Of a stretch of DNA of 64,000 nt, positions 29,720-60,545 are shown in pieces. Source of the stretch: Tubiluchus corallicola (lineage: Eukaryota; Animalia; Priapulida). Within the stretch, counting starts at the first letter, position 1, and every line of letters begins with the position of its first letter. Made by a program: the position numbers and the translations under genes. The stretch is from contig JAQGDQ010000186.1 of the NCBI GenBank assembly GCA_030141605.1, forward strand, positions 248,001 through 312,000. Reading direction: 5' to 3'. The notes beneath the pieces were generated by a model, which was not told the DNA's origin, ran no database searches, and saw only the letters and a list, made by a program, of their open reading frames with translations.

Positions 29720-31266
29720 CAGAGACTGAAGATGTGTTCGAGCTAAAAGGTAGTTCAGCTGATGGTGAAATTGTTTCTTCACAGGAAGTTGTGGCCGTCC
29801 CATTTAATACTTATTTTACATCTGTTTTTCAAGCAGAAGACATTTCTAACTGGTCTCAGCCTGTTGTTAGGACAAATACACTAGACAATAAATCACAATA
29901 TTGATTTTAGTCCTACCATTGCTGCTGTTGCCGTAGGTAAGAGAAAGTCCTCACCCGGGTTCTGATCGTATTCCTAACCTACTATCAAATTGCCGTTTTG
30001 TTAAAAACTGTTTACTAGGTCATTTAGTATTGCAGTGTTACCCACTGACTTGCTTCATCGTCCTATTAGTTTGACTTCTTTCTGTTCCAAAAATATGGAA
30101 TCGATTATTAGAAATGAGCTAATGGAATATGCTTCTCCAAATGATTTGCTTACGTCATCTCAATGTGATTTTTGAAGTGCTCGTTCTACCAGATTATTGT
30201 CATATAATGTGCTTTTGCTGCATATAGCTGACTATGCCTGACCAGTGCATTCTAAGGGCGAATAGGAGCTTTATAGTAGAACAAGAATGGCTTTAAGTCG
30301 AAGAACAGAAAAGTTAGAAATAATAATAGTCCAAGGTAACTGGATGAAATTAACTCATCGTTAAGCATATAATGAGGATTATTGTAACCAAAGTAATTGG
30401 TTGGTATTTGAAAACACTAAACTCCGTTAACCAGGTTCCAGCCACTGACTTGGAGAATTAAGATCATTCTCCAAAACCATAACATCTTGAATGAAATTAT
30501 AAGGATTTAAGGACTTTAGTAGACAGCTATCATCAGTAAATTTCTTAATATGACTAGAAAAATAATCATCATAATCAATGCTATAAATAAAAAACAAAAT
30601 TGTTGATAAAGCAGACTCCTAAGGGACTCCACTACTTACGGGACTGAAGAACAAAAACAATAAACGCCCATAATGGAAACAGCTTGGCACCGATTCGCTA
30701 TAAAAGTTTTAAATCAATTTAAAAGCACACTGGTGATTCTACGACTTTGATATGACGACTACTTCGGGGAACAAGATCAAAAGTTTTCGCAAATCCAGCA
30801 TATGGACGTCAACAGAAAACCCACTATCAATATATAATCAATAAGAACGTCATAAAAGTTTTTTATTTATAGCATTGATTATGATGATTATGTTTCTAGT
30901 CATATTAAGAAATTTACTGATGATAGCTGTCTACTAAAGTCCTTAAATCCTTATAATTTCATTCAAGATGTTATGGTTTTGGAGAATGATCTTAATTCTC
31001 CAAGTCAGTGGCTGGAACCTGGTTAACGGAGTTTAGTGTTTTCAAATACCAACCAATTACTTTGGTTACAATAATCCTGATTATATGCTTAACGATGAGT
31101 TAATTTCATCCAGTTACCTGGGACTATTATTATTTCTAACTTTTCTGTTCTTCGACTTAAAGCCATTCTTGTTCTACTATAAAGCTCCTATTCGCCCTTA
31201 GAATGCACTGGTCAGGCATAGTCAACTATATGCAGCAAAAGCACATTATATGACAATAATTTGGTA
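29720..31266. mobile_element. Decayed CR1-like LINE RT, internally rearranged (A - C' - B' - C)
   Basis: Plus strand FNTYFTSVF, HRPISLTS..K.MESII, Q..F..ARST (29800-30190). Minus strand VDV.MLD/FAKTFD and VSSGVP*ES in the spacer (30600-30850). Plus strand F.Y..D....S.IKKFTDDS (FADD-like) and YLG (30858-31266). Confidence 0.8.
30187..31266. repeat. Long inverted repeat: 409-bp arms (30187-30595, 30858-31266), 262-bp spacer
   Basis: Arms are reverse complements with only about 5 mismatches found by eye and no indels (both 409 bp). Confidence 0.95.
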
Positions 31267-31886
31267 CACGTATCTCGTTACGGCATTAAATTCAGAATAG
31301 TATTTAAAGGAAAACCAGACCCAATCTTAAACTGTGGGTTGAAACGATCTACTCTTTAAATATTGAAAGGAAACATACTACTTTTTCAAAAATGACTTAC
31401 GTGAAAGAATTATTACCACACAAACGCAATTTCGCGTTCGCACTACTAGTTCTTCGCTGTTACATGCATTTTGTCATTCTCTAGTTAGCCGGGCACTAGT
31501 GCCTGCATTTCTGAAACACGTTGTACCTCTCAGTTCAGAGATGTTCGTTTGTGAACTACTACACAACTTCGACAGCTCATGTGCGAGCACAGCGGGAAAT
31601 TTAAAATTTTAATTTTAATCTTAAAACTTGCCAAGTACTTTAATTTTCGCTTTTGCAAGCACATGTAACACGCTCATGGAATGTTTTTGCTGCTGAAAAT
31701 TATGTTCGGTTGTGACGTCATCAGTAGTTGGGCTCGCCCACCGTTAATTATTTAATTACCAGAAATCCTTTTGCAGTATCAATATTGTTAGAATGTATAT
31801 TTTTTATTGTGCTTGAAAATGGGGTATTATATGAAAAATCATCCTGTTTTCCTTTAACTGCCATATATATGACAGTTAAAGGAAAA

Positions 31887-31928
<42 letters not shown>

Positions 31929-32769
31929 GCTCTCAAAGACGCACAAAGAGGATATATATATTGTGTATTTATTTTTATGAACTAGTTGCTGAATAAAGTG
32001 GGGACTGAATTATTATTGAACCTGAACAAGAACTTGACTAACACTAATTCATAATTTAATATAATAGTAGGTCAGATAACTGAATTTCCAGGTTTTGTAA
32101 CTAATCCATGTGCTGTAGTACATAGATGTTGATAGGCTAATGCATAATAGATAGTTCTCGATGTATGGATGTCAAATTCCAAAAGGATGTCTATTGTTTT
32201 AGATTGTTTGAGTCTCTATTACTTTACCATATTTCGGAGAAAAGATAATGATAAAGTTTGACCCGACGGAGGCTTCATATATTAAGACATCCTTTTTTGA
32301 ACAACGGAAATATGTAAATGTAACTTTTAGAATGTCAGTAAAACATTGGCAATACAAAAAAGAAAACAATGCGTAACGTAACACTCACCACCATACAAAA
32401 ATGTTTTGTTAATTTTTATAACTATTTATTACAAAAATGTGTTGTGTTTGTAGAATTTTTAACCAGGTTACAATAAACCAGGTTAAGAAAAGAACACAAA
32501 TTAAAATCAATAATTCCAGGTATCAAATGAATTCATAGACACACAAACTAGAATTTCATCTTCAATGGACATGATTCATGTGCAGCCCATTGTTTCTGAA
32601 TAACTTTAGTAGTTCTATTTACCTTTATTTTATTAAGCGCAAAACAAAAAATTAGCAAAGGTAATCCGTTTTTTTTCCTTATTTAAGTTATTATAAAGCA
32701 AGAGAAATAATACAAATAGAATCGAAGATTAGTAGATATATCTTTGTATATTATGTACAACAAACCTAA

Positions 32770-33200
32770 GGGAAAGCAAAATATAAAATCTTAAATTCTA
32801 CCTAAATACATGCACTGGCACTTAAATATAAAAATGCGATATGCAAATATTTGCACATCACTAGCCCTATTAACAGCAGAAACTGCAAGACCTTATTATG
32901 CATATAATGTTTGCACTTTCTACCTATTACTTGGTGCCTAGAAATGTCTACAAGTCAAGGCCCTGGGCCTAGTAGGTCCATCTTTGTACATCATGAACAA
33001 CAAGTCTAACAGAAAGTCGAATATAAAATCTTAAATTCTATCTAAACATATGCATTGGTGTTTAAATATAAAAAAGCAATGTGAAAATGTTTACACGTTA
33101 CTAGGCCTATCAGCAGCAGACACTGCAAGGTCTTATTATGCATATAATGCTTGCACTTTGTAATGCTTGACGTCTAGAAATATCTGCAATTCAAGGCCAA
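32770..33200. repeat. Diverged tandem duplication, period ~240 bp, downstream of the Ly6 gene
   Basis: AATATAAAATCTTAAATTCTA at ~32780 and ~33020; CTTATTATGCATATAATG and TCAAGGCC also recur in register. Confidence 0.85.
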
Positions 33201-33803
33201 TCACATTCAATCTCATAGCAAGATTAACACGAAGGTAAAAGACTAAAACGATGATTAGCAGTTTTGATTTAAATCTCTAAGCCATCACCTTATTATTCTT
33301 TAGAAAATTTATTAAACTTACTTATAGGGAAAAGAGCAAAAATTTGCATAAGACTGGAGCAAAGTCAATAAAATAGTCCACAAAGTAGGTAGTCACATAG
33401 GTAGTCACATATGCTTACCTTTTGCAACTTCAGTAATTTCCGTCGATTTTACACTGCTTTCAAAAACAGAATGAGATATAATTTACAATCACACATTTTA
33501 ATAATTAAAATGGCTAGCCCATGAAATAATGCAGCTTAAAGGAATATCTTTTTTCAAATGAAGTTTCTTTACACAACGTGCCATACCAAATTGCTAGCAG
33601 CAGTTTTTAGTCCGCTGAAGTAATCTAATGAAGCTTGGTTGCATACTATTAAATTTAATACGATTTGATCGCACAAAACGTTTGTTTTTACAAAAACTCG
33701 TTCCAACATTCTGTTTTTGGTCATGCACATGTGCAGACATAGAACACCACCATTTTCAATAATATGCACTGAAAACAAAAAATTCGGATGAACTAGGCCA
33801 TTA

Positions 33804-36028
33804 TCATGAATGTCGCAATGACTCTACCAGGAGCAAGCCTAAGGCAAAGCACAACCAGATGGTCATATAGTTCAACTTTAAAGAGCTGGCTCCAAGCTAA
33901 AAAAAACAAAAAAATAATCAAAATAATTACATTGAAATGTGAATTCCCTTTGTCTAGGGCCAACTTTTCGGCACATTGTTTACCTTTAATGGCACAGCAA
34001 AAGCAGTGAATTGCTCTAGTATATACACGTAGGTACATGTAGGTATGTAGTCTGTATAGATGATATATATATATGTGTATGACTTGTGTATAAAATTTAG
34101 CAATAGAACTACGTTTTGATTTTAGTAAAACATATAGTGCATCACTTGTCAGTGAGTTCTATAAATTTAGCTAAGAGATAATCCAGTAGCCCTACTGTTC
34201 GAATATTTGTGAAATAGTACAAAAAACAAGCACTGAGTAACTGCATCATAATTTTAACAAATCTAAAATAAAACCATCAATATGTCATAGCAAAATAACA
34301 ACGAGGTCACTTACAGTCACATAGTAGTTGCAAAGATCACCACTACAGCACTCAGAACACCACCAGTCTTCATACCAATTACGTACACATTTTGTAACAA
34401 TCCGATCATGTTCAGACTGACAGCGAGTTGTTGTGCTGCAGCCCTTTGAAATATAGTATTGTCTCTGGGTGTCTATCGCCCAATCTCCAATTACTGCAAA
34501 AAGAAAATCGTAGCAGCTGAGATTAACAAATAATGGCACTCGTTTCTAAATGAGTGTTGTAACTTAAAAGGAAAATTAGAATTCCCATCATTGAAGATGA
34601 TAAGGTCAAGATTATGAAAATGCTGATCACACTGAGCTGGGGATAATCAAATAGGGGACAACTTCAGTAATAATAAAGAGCAAAAGCAAAGCTGCAAAAG
34701 ATTAAAGATTTCAAGAAGAATGAGGTTAATGAGATGGTTCCGTCACGTTTGCAGAAAGAAGCACTAGGACTAGGCAAAAAGATTTCGTGATAAATGAAAG
34801 ATCGAAAATCAACTTTAAGAATCACCTAAGTTCAAGAGATTTCGAGAGAGTTCATTAGACCACATGAGACAGCTCCAAGAACATGTCTAAAGATTACGAA
34901 CCATTGTTAAAAAGTATCACATTTTCTTTTAATGGGAAAAGGTGATTTAAACAGAATGATGACAATGATGACATTTTATGATGGTAAGCATGCACCTGCC
35001 TTTAATCTTTGCTGTGTAAATCTTAACTGTCATGTAAAATGTAACTATGCAATGAAAAGTCATTGTAAATTTATAATCACTGTTCTAATTATAGGCCTAA
35101 TTAATCCTAAAGTTTAACAGCTCTAATGCCAACGATTGTAGCATTCTTTTCTGATTCGTAAATCACTGAATTTATAGCATTATTGCTTGCAGGAATTAGA
35201 ATGAATAAAAATAGTGTCTGTGCACTTTAATGTTGCATGTGTTGAATTAAGTCACCATGTGTGCTTTGTGCAAGACAAGAGCTTCTGGCAGTAAAAAAAC
35301 ACTTGTTTTCTGATTTAGTTGCAGTGTCCTCAAGGTTTGATGACGAGGTCTGATGACAATTTACTAATATTCTAGTTTGTTTGTTCTTTGTTTGTTGTGC
35401 ATAACTTTATATATAACAAAATAGTATGCAATATAATTTTAAAATTCTCTATAGGCCTAGAATTCGAAAACAATTTAAAAACTGAAGCAATTTATTAACT
35501 AAACTTAGAATCACTGAGTGCGATAAGTACGATTTCATTTGTACAAAAATAAATTTCTAATAGTTGAACTTACGTCCCCATCTGACGTAAGTGATGCACT
35601 TATCTTCTTCTATATCGCAAGTCTGGACAGTTTTGACGCATTTATCCCAGTTATCACCCTGCTCTTCGCAAGTGAAACACTCCAATGTAAACACTGTACA
35701 GATAAAGCAAGTTCAGCGTAAAGAAAACACAAGAAAAGATATTAACATCTCCAGCAAAAGTTTCACATGAGAAACTAATTTCAATGGTTCTTTAAAATTA
35801 GTAAACGTGTACATTATAAAGAACGACACAATATTCATCTATTAAATTAAAATCTTTCAAATTTTAATGCCCCGAATGACACATATTATTGCTAAATGAT
35901 ATTATTATATGAATAAGTTAATCATGTGATTCATATTGCTTGCCATAAATGTAAAGCATGTAACTACTTAGAATCCTACCTGAATTTATAATATACAAAA
36001 ACGAATACACCCAAAGATACAACTTCAT
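33804..36028 (-). CDS. cold: GPI-anchored Ly6/uPAR three-finger protein, Coiled-like, 4 coding exons, 146 aa
   Basis: Exons 36028-35980 (signal peptide MKLYLWVYSFLYIINS), 35693-35574 (LECFTCEEQGDNWDKCVKTVQTCDIEEDKCITYVRWG), 34493-34315 (QYYISKGC...C...CVRNWYEDWWCSECCSGDLCNYYVT), 33896-33804 (LGASS + hydrophobic GPI-signal-like tail); 441 nt in frame. The RWG/QYY.SK/WYEDW.C.ECC.GD.CNYYV pattern matches my recollection of Drosophila Coiled. Confidence 0.85.
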
Positions 36029-38764
36029 ACTTGCTCACTAGCATTCAAGCAATTTAAACACTAAACTTTTTTATAGCTAGATATGGCGTCCAACTAACGC
36101 CCTGCTGCACGGGTACAGCATCGTACAGCAGTCACGCTCTGCTGCCTCTTAGAGATGCGGGTTTTTTATTGTTACCTGTCCGTTGAATTGATTCTTTTCG
36201 CATAGTTTCTACATCCGTCGCTAGGTGACGCCACGGACTCGCTGCTGGTTCGTCGTGATGTTGTTGGATTGGACTGCAAAACTAAGTATAACAGTAATAC
36301 AGAAATTACAATTACAGCGTTGAAAAGTAAATAATTACACAATGGCATCAAAAAGGTGACATAAAACCTCGCCACTATATATTTAATTCCAGAAACACAA
36401 CGTTTTGGCAGCTTCTTCTGGTATTGTCAAGCCATAAAAAATTTAATAAGACAAACTTTTAGCAACATTAACCAAAAACAATTTTAATGTGTAACACTAG
36501 TGTTAGAATTTTTACCATTTAAACCATGCTGACTAAACAATTTTCATAAATTATATTCATACTAACCAGACAAGTATTTCCTTAAAACAGAATATGAACG
36601 TGTGAAATCGACAAGTGTAGACACTACCTTTTCACAAGAAATCTTGTGAAATCACTGCAAAATTTATTCAACAGACATACAATGGAAGAAAGCCATAAAG
36701 CGAATGTACACCACTGCAACTATTCTAAACTGGCATTCACTTCGTTTTTTCTTTAGTACCGTCACCGTGCCGTCAAGAAGTGGAGTTTATGTAAAAGGTA
36801 TGTGTTAAGATTCATAAACAAGAAGGTCGTTAATGTAACAATGCATCACCGTGTAACAAAAATGATGCATTGCATATCAAATCACAAAAAATTCGTCAAT
36901 ATGTAACATATTTTACATTAATATTAAGAATCGCTGTGTGACGATTTTTGTTTCATAACAATTTTTGCGTCATTACGTAATAATCGTCATGTAATAACAG
37001 GCTAATCTAGGGCTTAATTGACCTATATTTCTGGTTAGGCCTTGTTAGGTCTGAGAGTGAGCTAACTATCAGACTGAGTCAGTTTCTTGCTTTTGTAGAT
37101 ATGAGTTTGACTCTGACTTGGCTTGGTTTGGTTTGTAGAAGGTCTGTCTCGGTCTGGCCTGTCTGAGGTCTGATCCGCAAGTTACCTTTTATTATACATG
37201 TAACAATAAAGGTAAGATGAGTAACATATATACAAGCAGATGAGAATTCACTAATGAAGTGCGCTCATCGGCGGCAGGATCAGCACTGTGGTTTTGGCTT
37301 ACGGTACGGTTCGAAGCTGTTTACCAGGATGTGATTAACACCATAGTTATGAGAATCTAAGGATTATTATGAGAAAATGCAATGGCGGTTACATCTAGTA
37401 TCTAGCCTAACAATATGAGTCTCCTTTAGATTAGATCCCGATTAATAGCTTTCAAAGATAAATATGTACAGAAACATTTCCAACAACAAGAGCAAACACT
37501 GGAGATACCTGCCTGATTCAAAATACCTTTTTGTTATTTTGGCGTTAAATCCCGGACATGATGACAGAGACATGGTGGACACGGCCACGACCAATCCTAT
37601 ATAAGCATATTAAATAATTCGCCATTTCTGTTATGTATATAATGATTATTACATAATTTTGGATTTTGTTTTAATGCAGCATTTTTACTGATGATGCAAT
37701 GTTTCATAATGAGACTTAACGTTAGGTTTTTGGTATCGTATAGTGCAATAAGTGCTGGTGAGTTCACAAGTGCTTCTTAGGCTTCTAAACGTTTTAAGTA
37801 AATATGTTGCACATCTCGTACTTGTTGCTGCCATAACGTTTCTGAATATAAGACAAAGAGGAGAGGCAGTTGGAGTGATCACAGTGCGTGCCTGGCTAAT
37901 AAAGCAGCACCGGGCGTGTATTGTGAATCAATGTGTGATCGCCTGAAAATCTGCTTCTAGAGGATTTTGTCTACTATACTGCCAAATGTCATTTGTTTTA
38001 CGGGGTAAAGAAGTATATATACAAAAGCATGGAAATCAGTTAAATTATTGATTAGTACTCAGTGCAGGTATCAGTATTAATTGCTGAAAACGAATTGACG
38101 ATGGTCGTTGTGCTATATTATAAGACAATAAAGTATTTCTACTACGTCACAAATTTAGATGCGTCCACAGAGATTATACGCAAGAGCTTCATCTAAAATA
38201 AAATCTGTCACTACATGTCAGTGTCCGTGACAATGAGTAGATTTCAGTCCTGATGTTGATAACTGCGTTCTGACTTGCAGGAAGCATAATTAAATAGAAA
38301 GATACTAATATCATTTATATGAATTTTTTATTACAAGTACATGTACATTGTATAGCTAATATTTTTTCTGTGCAAATTTGGTCTTGTACTTAAGCAGTAG
38401 TTTTAAACTACATAATGAAGAAAGCAGTAGTAAGAAAGATTTAATAACAAGCAGTTTTGATCACTTTTCGTTTTAATCCGGTAATTTGTTGTCATATTTG
38501 CAAAATATTAGAATATATATATACTTATAATTGCGAAAACACAAAAATAAATAGTCTACGAGTTACAACTATAATAATTATAAAATTATTTTTTACGTAA
38601 TGGCAAGTACACACACACACACAACAATTATTATGCACTAAATTACTAGTTTAATTAAATTAAATTAGTTGCAGTAACTGACAAGTTTGTCATAGCAATT
38701 ATTTTTTACAAAGAAGATTTTGGTATTAATACCCATTGTAAGTCACATTCAAAATGTTGATGTT

Positions 38765-56073
<17,309 letters not shown>

Positions 56074-59000
56074 CTATAAGAACAACAATAATAATAATGA
56101 GAGCAAAGAAAACTCGTGTTCTAACGAAACAAGCCCGGTCTACACATCAGTCGTATTGATTACTAGCATATCTATATGCACTTAAATGGAGTTATATGGA
56201 TTGGCATTTTCGTAAACTTTCTGAATGCTATGATTTTGGGTTACAATTGTAAATCTTGAGAAAAACAACTGTCAAAGCCAAATACCAAATACAATTAATT
56301 TATTTAGCTCTACATAAAAGATAAGTACAACGAACAGTAAGTTAACAGTTTTACCATAAACGAAACTTTCTATAATATATAGTAAATAAAAGTTTTTATA
56401 TAATATGCATTCAGTTATCTAATGGCTACTTAATGCGAAGTGGTCGTGCTTCTCTGCCTTGCAATCGCAAGCGAAGGATATTAGCCTGTTCCAATCGTTT
56501 ACAGTAACAGAGCAGAGGCACAAAGGTGATATTTTAACACCAGGTGCAGAGGCTGAGCCTAATATTGAGCTTCTTTCACTGTTACTTGTGTAGGAGCAAC
56601 ATTAACCAAAATAATTATAGTTGGGCCTGGTGACCAAGAATCATTAATTTCAACTCAATTCAAGTTAGAACGCCATTAAATTTCGTCGAACTTAAAAATG
56701 GTTAGTCTACAGTCTACAAAACTACAGTAAGTCAAAGTATAACAAAGACATTTTTATAGTTCAGGCTAATCTTATGGCAAGGTCTTTACACGTAATTGGC
56801 CTGTAATATTTTCGAACAACCTATTTTCCATAATATGTTGACAAACAAGTATGGACTATATCCAGCGGGTAAACCGGTTTTAAGCAAAATTTAAAATGCT
56901 TTGGCATATAAAGTAGTGAACACTGTAAGCCTTCATTACTTATTTAGCAATGGTTGTCTTTGCTAAGCTACCAATAAGTTTCGACAAGCGGACAAAGTAT
57001 CGAGGAAATTGGGAATTACAGTCTATAGTAATAAATACAGTTATGCAACATGGAATTTTAACAGCAAGCTATTGGGCAAAAAACTCCAGTCGTCGAAGTT
57101 ATCATGTCCTGTTGATTTGTTGGATTTACTTGGACCGAAAATTTAAACCTCAAAAGTTAGATTATTAGACTCAGATACTACAACATAATAAACTAAATGC
57201 TTGTTTCTCATTTCTGTTAATCTCTGTTAAAAACTTTTGATAAATACAGAATGTGCCAAATAATCAAGTTAAAATGCACAGTTTCGTTTGAATCCAAAAC
57301 TAACTACTGACAAATAGGGATAAGTTTAAGTTAACTGTTTTACTAAAGACGTTGTTATTTCTACAAGTTGTATAAATTAGAGTAAACAGCAATTAGCTCT
57401 CAGTTTTTTGTAAATACAACTTTTTTTGCTAATTATACATTTGTATGTAGTATTAAAAACAATTTAGTTGAAATTCTATAGCGATTTTAATTTAGCTTAA
57501 TTTTTCGCAGAGCAGATCTGTTCACGTAAAAATTGCAACAAGTTTGTGTAAAACCTTTTTTTCTGTCCTGTCTATAACGCTCACATTTCATTACGCAACT
57601 GCTCAAACGTTGAAATAACCCAAGTTCAACGTCTTGTACTAACTTAATCCCAACCTAATTTGAGCGTTTCAAGGTTGCAGCTTTTGCAAATGCGAAAATA
57701 GCCATTATTCCTAATTGAAGTGTCTTGTCTAAAATCTGTGGCTCTCCTTGGGATATGCACGCGGCAAGTTGAAGGGCGGGCTTAATTCTAGTTTCTCAGT
57801 AAATCCTGCTACCACTCCCAGATTCGCAAAGACTTCATCATTGTCACCCTACTTAACAGGCAGCGAGCGTAAAATCGCTTTCATACAATACAAGACATTT
57901 ATGATAAGAAACGAAATTGAACGTTATGATTGAATTCCTTGAAAATCAATCCATTTCCCATTCCAAATGCTTTTTAATGAACTAGCAAAACGGGTACAAC
58001 AAACAAGAAGAAAATATTTCACAAAAGTAAAATTAATTTTGTTTAAAGTAACGTTTTCTTACAATTCATGTGGTAAAATCAAAATATTATTCAAAACGCT
58101 TAAACTCAATAAATGTATACTATACAATTAGCACCCTTACTAATGAAAGTGTAATTAGTTATTAATTAATTCATTTATTGATTTATAAATTGCAATAGCG
58201 AAAAGAAAACATATTAAGGTAAATGTATTAATGTATTTTTAACGATCAGTTTGGAAAAAAGTTGTGTTAAAGGTCTTAAAATTTCGTCTGTATATTGTAA
58301 TATAAAAGATAAAAATAATTAATGTCGAAATCAAAGAAACACGTTAGTAATATTACAATTTTTTAAATTAAGTATTTATACTTAACGCTGTAATTCATTT
58401 AATACACGGCTATTCGTTATTACATCGATCATAAATTACTCTAAAAAGCCATGATACAGAAAAAATGTAACTGGTATTTCATTTCTTTATAATATGAACG
58501 TAGACAAGCTTTTAAATAAACAAGGTCAAATTAAATCATTAAAATGTTTTGTTCATTACTATGGCCGCCATAAATTGCTACCAAAATTATCCTTCGTCGA
58601 CATTAAAACATATCATAGCTTTTTTCATTCCACGTTTGTTCACAAAAATCCACCGTGTTTTTATCCATGAGCAACAGCATCGAGTAGTAGTAACAGTACC
58701 CAGGAGAACCGCTGACGCTGATTTTTCATCCTTTTATTATGTTAGGCATTCAATTTTCCACTTTTTAATTGACGTTACTTCGCAAACGCAGAGGGCAGGA
58801 GTCAAGGAACTTAGCAGGTAGATATCTGGGGTGGGGACATTGAAAGCGTATGGTGAATGGTGACCTCGGTCAAAGGATCAAGGACACTGAACATCGGCCA
58901 GTTTTTCGATTGCCGTTCAACTACTATGCTTTGAGTTAAATTCAAAGTTTTCGTGAGTAAGTATTTGAGAATTGTCAGGTAGATGTGTTCGTCGAGTTTT

Positions 59001-60289
59001 AAAAAGCTGAGATTTTGAAGGGTCCGAGATAGGAGCCAAAATGCATAACATTGAATAACTCTAAAACTTTGTGCCGTAACTAGAGTCACGAAACTTGCAG
59101 AGTAGACACCTGGAGTAAGGGCTCTGGCAAAGATGTAGAAAAATAAAATAAAAATCTCGGATTGTTTACAGCAAAATTAAGCCAAACGGCTTTGTCCCTC
59201 AAATCATAACATTAAATAACTCCGAAACTGTAGTACGAAGAGTCACGAAATTTCAAAGTAGTCACGAGCATCGTGCGCACAGGTTAATCATACCTGAGGG
59301 TAATAATCTACAAGTATTGACGTGCGTTAACCAGGTATTATCAGGAATTCGTTCAGTCCTGTTATACAATGTATATACAACTTATTTTTTATTTAATTAA
59401 CATTTCAATCAGTTTCTGCACAACGACTACGATAGTCGGGATTAGTCTTCACCTCTTAGTCAAATAGTAAAATAGTCAAAGCCAAAAAGTTACACATAGG
59501 ATGCCACATCTCAGACTATCAACTCTCAGTCATCGGTCTAACATACTATCCATTACCGATAATGCTACCCACTGAACAAAATCAATAATGCACACACTTT
59601 TCACGAAAGTGCATTAGCATTCGATAGGACTGACGGGTTTACCTTGGAATTATTATCTCTTGTAAATTACTTAGTGCACGTGTCAAAATACAGATGATTA
59701 TAGCTGCAAAATTTGCCTAATGTTGACATAACTCTCAAGCACGATGGGAAGTTCCATTCTTTTTCGGTAGTTGCCCTAGTGTTTTTGGCCTGCATTCAGA
59801 AATCACTTTCTCGTTTTACAAACTGGCTGACATATTGCCATTAAAAATTATTTGTTTTGCCCCAATTTTGCTAATGCTGTAATTGTGCTGGTGACGAAAT
59901 AATTACTGCTATGTAGTAAATTTTGCTGTTAAAACCCCTAGCACTAACTGCAAAATAATGAGTTGCTGATTTAAGTAATTTGTAACAACAGTGACTTAAC
60001 TTACTAAAAACTTGCCTTCTTACTAGGAATGATGTATGAAGGAAAGTAGTATATGAGGAAAATTATTATTGTTGTTATTATTATTATTATTATTAGTTTA
60101 AAACGATCCGTTAAATTTAATTTGCTTATTTCTCAAAAATAGTTCTAAACAAGAAGCAGGAACATAAATACAGCATGAGATGAAGCTGTTACTCCTTCAG
60201 TAAGAAAGTTTTGAAAAGGCTGCGAGAGACACGTGAAAACTATATACGTATAGAAATCCCTGCTGAATTATTTTAATAGCCCTAAGAAG

Positions 60290-60545
60290 ACCTTGATTCA
60301 GACACAACATCTACAACGTTTCATCATAGTTAATATCATGTTCGCGCAACCATCAACCTAAATAAATATACAGTGCAAAAATATGCAAAAATCAACATTG
60401 CGACAAGCAAATAAGACAATACTAAAGAGTAAACTTACATACCATTTTTTGTATTTTTACACAGTATTTTTATTTAAGTAGATTGTTACGTAACATGACA
60501 TTAACTACGTCGAAACGTTGCAGATGTTGTGCCCGAGTAAAAGTC
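60290..60545. mobile_element. MITE-like element with ~55-bp imperfect inverted ends
   Basis: GACACAACATCTACAACGTTTCATCATAGTTAATATCATGTT vs reverse complement of AACATGACATTAACTACGTCGAAACGTTGCAGATGTTGTGCC. Confidence 0.65.

Noticed and set aside
31698-31730. Possible minimal hammerhead ribozyme (minus strand CTGATGA...CCGAAC)
   Set aside because: Lacks the GAAA core and a convincing stem II.
36380-36432. Penelope-like end / hammerhead-like sequence
   Set aside because: Core nucleotides too degenerate to support the call.
57730-57850. GC-richer open stretch on the minus strand as a possible chitin synthase exon
   Set aside because: No convincing donor before the stop and no recognisable protein similarity.
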